Assembly (NCBI RefSeq): GCF_037042905.1
Contig: NC_087257.1
Location: 23,064,001-23,128,000 of the forward strand
DNA length: 64,000 bases
Source of the DNA: Lytechinus pictus
Taxonomy: Eukaryota
Direction of reading: 5' to 3'
The notes beneath the pieces were generated by a model. It searched no databases. It was not told the DNA's origin and worked only from the letters and a program-made list of their open reading frames with translations. The first letter of the stretch is position 1. Every line of letters starts with the position of its first letter. The position numbers and the translations under genes are program-made. Shown piece after piece: positions 27,801 through 39,800 of the stretch.

Positions 27801-30800
27801 TACAGTCTTGGACTTGGAGATCTAAAGTAATTTGGCAATCATCATTAAATGAAACGATTACCAACACAGTCAATACCATCCCTTACCCCTCTGAAACTTC
27901 TTCTCCACTACAAACTAAATGCAAGTATGTTATCCTGGAATCTATACCTTCTTTTCCTTTCACCGTCCGACTAATAGAGTGGACAATTCGACTGATTGAA
28001 TCGTGTACGTGATGCATTTATCGAACAGATGTTAATCCGGTTAGAACATGTGGAAAACGTTGATCAAATTTCTCCAAAAGTAAAATACAACATCGCATCA
28101 ATCGGCAATTGCAAGATGTTTTTCTCAGGTTAAGTATTTACTTTATCGGAAACTCAGGAAACCACATGGAAGTGCACACGGTAGATTACGTTAGGTTGTG
28201 AAAGGACTGATTGAGGTGTTAAAGAAGTTCTTGATAACTATGATCATGGCGGTATATTAGAACATGGACCTATAGGAGGTAAAAGGCGGTAAACCCTGCC
28301 CCCTCATATACCTTAAAGAGCACCTTGCATATCGATATTCGATATCGATAATAAAATCATGCATTCTGCTCTCGAAATAATACCAGCGAGTTTACCTTAA
28401 CGACAATAACTTATCTTGTTCATTATACAAGGTTTTCTTATATTTCATACTGATGACTATGATGATTACTCTTGAAATGATGAGAATAACTACGAGCATT
28501 TCAAATAGCTTAAAGTAAAATGAAGCGCATTATTTCCCCTTTCCATCTCCCTCCATTTTTCATCCCTTCTCTTTTGTTCCTCTCTTTCGTCCCCCCCCCT
28601 CGACGTCCCCCCTTTCTCTCCTCCTTCTCACCCCCCTCTCTCTATCCGTGCCATCCCCTCATCCTCTCTTGATCTCCCTCTACAGCTCCTCTATCCCCCC
28701 CCCTCTCTCTCTCTCTCTCTTCTGATACTGACCATGGCCTTATGGCACTAGATTTCAGTGACCTCAATGTTATACGACCATTATAAAACCCTCTCGGGCA
28801 TGAGAAGATAACTCGACCCGGATTCCTCATTCACCTTGATATGAGACCAGGAGGCCTGTTTCATAAAAGATTTGCAACTGTTGTAACTTTGCCATAATGG
28901 CAACTACCATGGTAACAGGGCTCAGCAGCCAATTAGAATCAAGGTTTCCATAGTAGTTGCCATAATAATGGCAAAGTTACAACAGTTGCAATTTCTTTAT
29001 GAAACGGGCCCCACGATAGGACCGTTGCGCAAAGAGCTTTGCGATTAAACGTAACAAAAACAAAATCAATCGCAAAAACGTGCGTTTCATTGGAAATTAA
29101 AAAGCGGTTATTTTTTGGAGGTGCCTTTGATTATACAACTCATTCTGAAACGGGGCTCAAGAAGGGGGAGGGGTGAAAAGTCCGATTGAGTATTCTTGAC
29201 ATGGAGAAAAAACATTACTCTTAATGTTATTGAGGTTAGAAGGCATGGAATCATCTAAATAAAAGGATCGACACAAACAGAAAAATGAGAAGCAAGGTAT
29301 GGGGGGGGGGGGGTGAGGTGGGAATGTGAGAACCGGGTGAGAACATGCAAACGAAGGTGTGAACTGGTCAAACTGGTCACTTGATTAGAAGAAAAAAATG
29401 AATGGAAGAATAAAGAAAAGCTGAGAATAATTTGTACTGTTTTAGGGCAATAAAGTTCTTGACAGGGACAATCGGAATTTGTAGTTTTAAATCATGCAAT
29501 TTCTTGAAGGACACATATAGACGGCCTTTCATTCAATTTCAAAATATTGTTGCTCTACGGCGGCCGTACGGGGAGTCGAAAACAGCCGTTTTATTAATTT
29601 TTATTCAAACCATCTTTGAAGCTGGTACAAATTTTTTTTAAACGGCTGTTTTCGACTAGCCGTACGGCCGCCGTAGAGCAAATGTGACCAAGGTATAACA
29701 GCTCCCTTATACGTTGAATCGTTCTTCAAGTACGATTATTTTCTCATACAACACTCAAAACATTCTCAGTTTCCTTCCAGACTATTTTCCTTATCCGCTT
29801 CGTTAAATTGAACTTCCCATGGCATTAATGTGATCAAGACATTTTAACAGAGTCCCTTGATACTAATGTAAACTCATGTTTTCAACATTTTGTTTTGGGA
29901 TACTATTTCACTGGGATAGCAATCGTTTAGTCCAGGACTGCTGCACTTTTATAACGGATATATATTTAATTAATTTCCGCAGAGGATAAACACTGATCAA
30001 GACACAAGTTATTAAGATTACTGTGTTCAGATGTTCAGGAAATTCATTTCCAGGGGGGAGGGAGTCATCATTTTCAAAGATTTATATGTTTCCCTTGGAA
30101 AAGTAATTGAGAAAAGTCACACGATCGTGCTATCAAAATTAATTCACAATATCATCACAATCGTAATCCACATCGGGTTCTCAGATAAAGTAATGCTCGT
30201 TTTCTCAAATCGGAATTAATTCAAACTCCTGTTTGAAGTTGTGGTTTAACTTGAGCTACGGCTTTTCTGTGAAACAAATTAAAGTACAGGTTCAATTCAT
30301 CAGCTCAAATCCACACTCAAACCATGGACTAGTAGGTCCATGCTCAAACCAAGAAAAAATATGTAAAATTATTGTGTTCACCATTAAAATATGAAGAAGA
30401 GTATGTTAAACAATAATTACGAAACATACAATGTAAATTTTTGAATAAAATTTTCAACTGCAGAATACGAGTACACTCCAAAGGGTTTATGAAACCCAAA
30501 ATATAATACCACATAGTATCATTGATTAAATTTCACTGATCAAAATAAAATAAAAATGAGGCAAAACGGTTTCCTATTTCTCATGATATGCCAAGTCAAA
30601 GTTATCAATATTTAGATATTTGAAAGACCCGTGGAGGTCGCCATCTTGCTCAAACTCCCCATATCTTCGTGGGGGGTTGTGACGTCAGCAACGTACAACT
30701 CGGTGTCTGATCTAGCGCGCGCTTGTGATATATTGCTAGTGGTGGATAACACATGGGACTAAGCTGATCAGGATGGTTTACTGCCAGGCGTTTGGCTGCC

Positions 30801-33800
30801 GAAATCGGTCAGGAAAGGGCGCAAAATGCAGCTTTTACCGCATTCCCGATCCGGAGAAGAGGCCAGAAATCTCTAAAAAATGGGTGGCTGCACTAAAGGT
30901 AGAGAAATACAACAAGCCTTCCTACAAAATCACGAGAATTGATGTTGTTTGTAGCGAGCACTTTACCGAGGACTGCTTTGAGAAGAACGTGATAGAGTTG
31001 CCTGGGAAAGCTACCCCAAAACGACTGAAATTGGATGCTGTCCCTTCAATTTTCCTCCATCATGCCCCCCAGCCGAAAGTCCGGGAAAGTACGGAGAAGA
31101 GATTGGCAAGGATAGAAGCTCAAAAAGTAAGTATAATGATTTTTTTCCTGTTTTGTCGCTTGTATGTATCTTTGCACTGCACTGAGGTGGCACGACGATC
31201 GTCTCAAGCAACGTCAGTCAGTCGCGTCGGTATACAATACTCGGCCTCGGCAGGTCTACCGCGCTACCATGGCCGTGCCATGGGGAGGGTGAGGGAAAGC
31301 CTCGGCATCCTCGCCGACATATTGCTGCAGCTGCACAGTGCACATGCACCCGTCCCGAGCTGAGGCTGTGCCCTGCGGGGACAAGTTGCTCACTACATCG
31401 TATCCCCGATTATTTAGTCAAGAAGTAAGACTTACATGTAAAACGGTGTTGAGAAACAGGCCTCAGTCAGTCAGTCATGCCTAGTTAGGGACAGGGTAGG
31501 CTGGCGCTTTGTAACTTAGAATCTTAGGCTTGGCTTTGTATCTTGGTCTCGTTTTGTATCTTAAATTTAAAAGCTCCAAAACAGTGGAGGGATCATTCTA
31601 AGTCTAAGTAAGAGAGAGAGAGAGCTGCCTACCGGCAGAATTAGACAAGACTCTATTCTAAAAAAGTAAATGTGAATAATTTTGACTGTTTTTGTTAATT
31701 TTCATACCGGTACCAATGCAATGGCAAGATACTGGTACAGATTTTGAAGAAATTTGCGAGGCCAGCGTAGCCTTTATAACATTTATACTATAGGCCTACA
31801 TCATACACAATTACATGTACATGTATAGTACTCGCACTAATGCAAGGTTAGTTGCACTAATGCCAACGGGCCTAGATTTATATTAGTGAAAACTAAGAAC
31901 TGAAGTTGTTTTTGTTGTATTATTTTAATAATATTATCTCCTCCATGTCCATGTTAATAAATAAGTGTGATATCTTAGCATGGTTTTATTTTTGCAGTAG
32001 TAAGGTCCTCCTAATTTTAGATTGCATTTACATGTAATTCCTGATGTTATTGGATTTCATATTAAATCAGTACAGGCATTTTAAGCATACTGTCTTGTTG
32101 AAGAATTACATTACAAATTCTTTACAGTATTCAGGTACATGTAATTTGTTTTGCTTTTTTTTTTCTATGTTGTAATTTTATATTTTTTGAGAGAGAGGGG
32201 GAGGCCACAAACTGTAAATGGGATTTTGATTACCCGGTACACACACACAAAACCCCTGGCCGTAATGTTTATGTTCACTGTACTTAATGCGAGAGCTAAT
32301 GTGTTCGGGTCTTTTAATGGTCCGCCCCGCAGTCCACGTCTGCCCCGTTTCAATTTTTTGATAACTTGTAATTCAACAATCCTTTAACAGATCAACTAAC
32401 TTCAAACTAGCCTTGAGGACTCCATGTCTGATATTTCTTAATATTTTGACATAAACTTCTTCAGACATAGAGCTTTGAACCACCGGCCATGAGACACATG
32501 TACAAAGATGGATTTCCCTAGGAAATCCATAGTTAGAGGGTTAAATCGGTTCGTAGGGGTGAATTTTATTTATGAACCTTCATGCGCCTAATGCGTATAA
32601 AGGAATAAAAAAAATTCACTATATATAAAAATAAGACGTTTCTTTATAACAGACCGATCGCCTGGAGATCCCTCAATCCATTTGTCAACAAAGCAAATAC
32701 AATACAGCGTGACCCTTGAACCGCTTCGTTATGAGGTACATCCGATTAGCGATGCTGTTTTGAAGAACAATTTATAGATAAAAATTATTATTTCACAAAT
32801 ACTAACATTTAATACATGATTATAAATAATTAGTATACAGTAATAATACTAATTTTTTATAATCACGTATTAAAAATAATAATTTGTATCTATAAATTGT
32901 CCTTCAAAAAGGCATCGGGGGGAGGTAGGCCATCAAGTTTTCTGATGTATGATACCTTACAAATTGATAACATACGATAGGGTAACTTGGATATATCATA
33001 ATACCAATAATCTATAATTTTATGTTTCAGTATATCCAAACAGTCTTGTCAGCACCAACCAGTGGAAATGATGAACAAACTTTTCCGAGTAACATCCAAT
33101 CTACACGTACATGCACCTCTGCTTTTGCATCTCCTGCACCGGTAAGAATATTACACATTTCATTGGAAAAAAATATGGGGAGTTATATGTACCTTTTGCC
33201 CCTATCTTTTAACTTCCATGTATAATGCCCATGAGTCTTGAAGTTGCCCCACATAATGGTGGTTTCGTTGCACTTTTTTTCAATGTTCATGGGGTTTTAG
33301 AATATGTCAGTTGAACATAGAGATCTTGTCATAAAATTGGTATCATTTTAAAGCTAGAAATAAAATGTATACCCTGTCATTTTTGAAAAACTAGCGCAAT
33401 AGCACATAAATTCATGACACTGTGATTGATAGAGCAAGACATGGCGAGATTGGTTAAGGGGGTGGGGTACATGCGAGTCTGTGAAAGTCACATTTCATAT
33501 TTTAAACATAACTGGTATACCGGGGGCTAGAGGCTTTATTTTGGTTTCATTTTAAAGCTTGAAGTGGGTAGTATATACATCTAACACTCTTCACAATTCA
33601 TTTCAATTATTGAATAATTTTAATTAGCAATGAATTTAAAAAAGAATTCTACAGAATTTTTTTCTCAAAAATTCTTGATTGTTTGTGCTAAATGGAGATG
33701 TATGAAATTGGTAAAATAAAACAAGGGTCGTTAGAGGTGGTGGAAGCTGTGCAAATTACATGCATGATGTTAGTCACTACATGATGTATTTCATTGTTTT

Positions 33801-36800
33801 TTCTCGTGTGAAATGAGGTTTGTTTACCCATGTACATGTAAAAGTACATGTAGATATAGGAAAAATACATTTTGCTTTAATATATTTATTATAATGCACC
33901 CAAGGATTGTGGAATCACTAAATTGTCAGAGAAATTACATGTACATGTACATTGTAATAAGTGAGTCATATGCACTGCACACAGAAACGTATGTCCAATT
34001 TATGGGACTGCAGACAAATGTTTATTTAGCTGATATATGTCATATTTTGATTTTGTCAGGACATCTGAAGATAAATCATTTGCAGTCCTGCTTTGCCGTA
34101 ATATTCTCCCTATGTAAACTTAAGTTGTTACGTTTATTTTTTTAAAATACATTTAACGCTATATATGTTATTTAAACTGGTGGGGTTCAGATAAAAACCT
34201 TCCCCCAAAATTGCTGAAATGTCGCATTTAATATCGTTAATCCAGGATACAGCCAGTAATTTTCCTATTTTCCCTGACTTTAGTTTTGTGTAGTTGGAAA
34301 CAATCTACAAAATGAAAAATATTCCCTTCTTTCTCAACTCTGAAAGAGATGAACTACATGTACATGTACACGTACCATGTGTTGCTCATTTTCTGGACTT
34401 GAAAAATAAAAATCCTATCAATATCACCTTCAAGATAGATTGGTAGTGCATTATGGGTAAAGGAAAACTTGATATTGGAGTGGTGCTTTTTTTCAAGTGG
34501 AGAAAATGAGCCCAAATGCATAAATGGATTCAATGTTAATGATTCAAGGACTTACATTTGGCTTATTCTTTGGACAGCTCCAAGGTAAATGAGTGACATT
34601 CAGAAACAAATTTTAGCTTATACATGTACAAACAATTATTTGCAAAGAAATGTTACCTGACATTAGTTGCTGAAACCCACTTTTCAAAATAATAACATTT
34701 GTTATTTTGATCCCCTGATTTAATGAGATATGAATATTCATGAACATGGTTACATTGTGATGTAAAATTGACATTGCATATTTGAAGAGAAAACATATTG
34801 GTCAAATTCTTTGAACTTTAAATGGCTATCACAATTTTGAGTTATTGATTGGATTATATGTTGTTCTAGCTTTAATATGCTGCATTACATCAACAAATTT
34901 GTGGACGGTATTTTTCATGTAAAACATAAACGCATACCCAGTTACGGAGTGACATCCGAAATATTCACACAAAGGCAACGTGAAATAAACTTATACTTTA
35001 AAATTTTTCTCTTGATATGATGTAAAATGATGATCTTCAGATTATCCAAAGGAACATTTTAGCAAACAAGCAATAGTTTTCTCGTAAATAGAAATTCATG
35101 TACAAAACAATACATGTAGTCCCATGTGTAGAATTGTTTGTATGGATTAGATTTTCTTATAAGGAGATGCATAAGAAAAAATGACTTTGATTAGAAAAAA
35201 ATTGATCCATATTTGAAATAGAGCCAATTAAATTTCTTGGGAAATGTCCACTTTTGCTTGGAATTGCCCCTTTGGAATAAAATGTAAGTGTAGGACTTAA
35301 GGTCTATTAAATAAGAATCTTATAGTTTGTACAGCCCAATTTTTTTGTGGTCCCACATGTAGACTTCCATGTTTATCTTGAGTGACCTCATCTCAAAGTA
35401 CAGAGTCAAGAAAGAAGGGAATGATAGAATGAACTATGATAATCATTTTTTGGATGTAAAAGTGTGAAATTTCATCAACTTTTGTGGGGAGCTCTTTTTG
35501 TTTCAAGGGGAAGTTAACCATGACAGAAAATTTATTGTAAAAATAGCAGAAATGTGATAAAAAATATTGCTGAAAGTGTGAGACAAATCCATCAAAGGAT
35601 AAAAAAGTTATTAAATTTTATTTGTTTGAATTGTGACGTCATGTGCAAACAGGATTCTTACCTCGCAAATGGTAAATAATCAATGAAATGTCATTTTCTC
35701 AGAATATTGAAAATGATTTTTACTGCACAATTTGTGTATCAATAGACATATCACTTCACACTGATCATGAAAGGAAACGAACATAAATCTTCAAGAGCCA
35801 GTAAAAAAATTAAATAAATGCATTTTATATTACGTAACACATAGGGCAGCTTCTTGTTTATGTCAGAAACCAAAAACTTCAATTAACGAAATCTTTGAAT
35901 AGATTTTCCTCAAACCTTCAATATTTTTTATTATTCTGCTATATGTAGAACTAACTTGTCTTCAGGGTGAACTTGCCCTTTAACTTCTGTTAAAACGGTT
36001 GTCACAATAGATGAAAGTTCATGCCTGTAATGGTTGTTTGAACAGCATTTAAAGGTCAAGTCCATCCCAGAAAATGACGATTTGAATAGAGAATAATCAA
36101 ACAAACATGATGCTGAAAATTTCATCAAAATTGGATGTGAAATAAGAAAGTTATGACATTTTTAAGTTTCGCTTATTTTTCACAACACAGTGATACATGT
36201 AAGCACAACTTACAACAACAGTGACATGCAAATGAGAGTCGATGATGCTCCTCACTATTTCGTTTGTTTTTTTATTGTTTGAATTATACAATATTTCATT
36301 TTTTAAAGATTTGACAATAAGGACCAACTTCATTGAACCATAAAGTATTAAACAATGTTAATTGCACGTGTTCAGGGATGAATTAATTGTTGTTTCACAC
36401 GACAACAGGGATGCATAAGTACATGAAGATGCTTTTTTTTCCATGTGTGATTCCAGTGAAATACAATGATTTTATTGACATTCTTTATTCTCTTTGTTGT
36501 TCTATACAGTCAACCAATTCTCATCCAACTAATGACGAGCTTCGAGAGTCTGCTGAAAAACTGCACATTCCTTCATCCCTATCAAAGGTTTGTCTTTAAA
36601 AAAAAACAATAAGCAGTGTATGTACACTAAATTCCTAGTTCAATGGAAATTTCAGTTATTTGAGAATTGTAATGAGAAAGGTAAAAATTGTGTCATGATA
36701 TCATGTTACAGTTGTCTGTATTATATTTCTTTGTTGTTGTAGCATATAAAAGATGGGTTTTTTTTGCATTGCACCATTACTATTATTAGGAGCTTTATCA

Positions 36801-39800
36801 CTTTCACAGTTCATTGTTTATTCATATTTTTGCCACATTCAATTCCTAGTTCAATGGAAATTTCAGTTATTTGAGATATGTGATGAGAAAGGTAAAAAAA
36901 TGTGTCATGATATCATGTTACAGTTGTCTGTATCATGTATCATATTTCTTTGTTGTTGTAGCATATACAAAATTGTTTTTTTTTGCATTGCACCATTACT
37001 ATTATTAGTAGCCTATCACTTTCACAGTTCATTGTTTATTCATATTTTTTTCCACATTTTAAATACTACAGCCAACACAATCTTATCCAGCCCGTAGCAA
37101 GCGTGAACTTACTAGCGATGAAGAACTCACTCCTTCATTCCCTATAAAGGTAAAACTTCTTATCAGTGTACACGCTCTTGAATTAATATAAAGTGGACTA
37201 ATTCAAAGAAGGGGGGAGGGGGTCTTCTGAGGTGAGGTTAGAACATTGAATACTTTATTACCAAATTATTATTGTCGTAAGGGAGAATCGGTTGGGTACC
37301 AGAAAGATGCTCCTGTACTAAAGCTTATCTGTTATTAACCAGCTTCATATTAGAAATGTGACACTTTGCAGTGTAGCTTGTCAAAATCAATTTTATAATT
37401 GAATGATCTAACATGTACTTTATTGTAATCCTTACAGGACCACCTTTCGCTACAATCTCGGCCTCGTAAGAAGCGCAGACGAGGATCTAAAAAGAAGATG
37501 TGCTCCGATAAGGTAATATTCCCTTAATTTTAATTATGTTGACTAATAAAATGTTTGATGGAATCACAAGGGAAAATAAACTAATTTTCTTCAGTAATTT
37601 CCATGTGGAATCATATTTCAAATTGGAATTCTTACATGAATGTGTCTTAATTGGATTCATTTTCAAAAGTTACATTCTGGGGTAATATTTTCATACAATT
37701 TGTTTTCAGAGAGCATAGAATTTAGTTATTATAGTAAGACATTCTCTGTCCAAAAGAGCACTTGGATTTCATCAATGTGCTGAAGTACACTTGGATAGTG
37801 ATTAACCACACATTTAATGAACATCCTTGGTTTTCTGTCAAAAGAGCTGAGCAAATTGTGAGTTTGTTGGGAATGCAACATCATGATTTGAATATTTATA
37901 TCAAATTTAATTATCTATGAAGACATGATTGAAATAAATTGAATAAAGAGAATTTCTGGCATTCATTATACTTGTACGTGTGCACAAGTTTCCTCCCGCA
38001 TTAAAATGATCTGAATGGTGGAACTGTGGGCAATTTTTCTAAAATTTTACCTCTAAATTTTGTTGATTCAATAAAAGAATATATCTATCTTAGTAATTGC
38101 TATATGTTTTTGTTACTTTATTTTTGTATGATAACATCAATAATTATAATTGTTAGTATAATATTAGTGATAGAAGTATTAGCATTGCTGCTGCTACTAT
38201 TACTAATATTGGCAGCTATTTTTAATAACTTTTAATTATCAACATCATTGTAAATAGTACGTTCAGAGTTTGTGCTATTGTTATCTTGATTATTAGTTTA
38301 CAAGTTTAGGGAACTAATCTATGATTCCATTTTCTTTTCAGGAAAGAACCTTCCAATCTTCAGACTCAAGCACACAGACATGCCTTGAAGACATTGATGA
38401 CAATGGACTGAGGGAGGAGAGCACACAGTGGCCTCCAGACTTTGATGCTATCAACATTGACCATAATTACCCACAAACACAGTTGCCAGTTGTGTGGCCA
38501 TGTTGTGCAAAAAGTAAACTCAACAGCAAGACTCAAGGGTCATCACCTTTGACCGAGCCATCGATGGCTATGCCTCCACCTCCACCACCAAGCCAATCAC
38601 CATCTGGCTCCCCACCCACTGCACCTGGACCACCATTACCCAGCATGACCGTAACTACCTCTCAAGAATCGGTATCAATATCACCTAGACCTTCACCAGA
38701 ATCAGAATTGCACGTTCAGCCCAGTGAAATATTGACACCTCTTTTGTCTCCCAAGAATTCTTCGATGTCAGATGAATCATCTTCTGATGAACTAACATCG
38801 TCGCAAGATAGTTCTTCTAGTTCAACTTCCCTTTACAACACCGGCACATCAAGTGACCCTTCTTACCTACCTTCTGATGAGGAATCCTCCAGCTCAGAAC
38901 CAGAAGATGAGCCACCACAGCTTCGCTATGTGAAGGAAAAGAAGTTTCTAGTGTTTGAGGAATGTCTTGACACTTTGTTATATTCACAGAAGTGTGCTAA
39001 GTGTGGTTCTGGACAGATATGCGAGATAAAGAAGTACTGTGTGGGCACAATGCTTGTAGCAGACCTCACATGCTTTTGTGGAAACGTGTTCAAATGGTCT
39101 TCACAACCGAAGATTGGGAAACAACCAGTTGGCAACCTTCTGACAGCGTCTGCAATACTTCTCAGTGGCAAGACTTATGAACAGTTGCGATTCTTTGCGG
39201 AACTTCTCAACCTCCAATTCCTATCCCACACCACCTTCAACTCCATCCAAAATGCAGCCCTCCTCCCCACCATAAATCACTTTTACGAAGAAAACATCTC
39301 TTCTGTAAAAAGGGAAGTAAAGTGTAGAAATGACCAGGTAGTCTTGTGCGGAGATGGGAGGTGTGACAGTCCCGGATACAACGCCAAATACTGTACATAT
39401 ACATTTATCGACATGAAGTCCAACAAAATCCTGGACATGTCCGTTGTCCAGGTGACTGAGGCATCAAGCTCTGTTGCCATGGAGAAGATCGGTTGTCAGC
39501 GGACATTAGAGAAGATATTACAGGACGGCATCAACGTTGCGACAGTAGCAACCGACAGGCATACGGGAATCCGTAAGATGCTCAGGGAACTTTACCCGTA
39601 CATCATCCACCAATTTGATGTCTGGCATCTCACCAAATCCATAGGAAAGCGGCTAATAACAAAGTCCAAGCAGAAAGAATGTAGTGAGCTTTGTCAGTGG
39701 ACCCAGGCCATAAACAATCATATCTGGTGGGCTGCTCAACATTGTAGAGGAGATCCGGATTTGATCATTGAAATGATCCAGTCGATCACCCATCACATAT

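Noticed and set aside
30773-31363. Independent 196-aa THAP transcription factor
   Set aside because: There is a strong donor at 31127, and in-phase downstream exons link it to the DDE exon. The read-through tail has no recognisable features.
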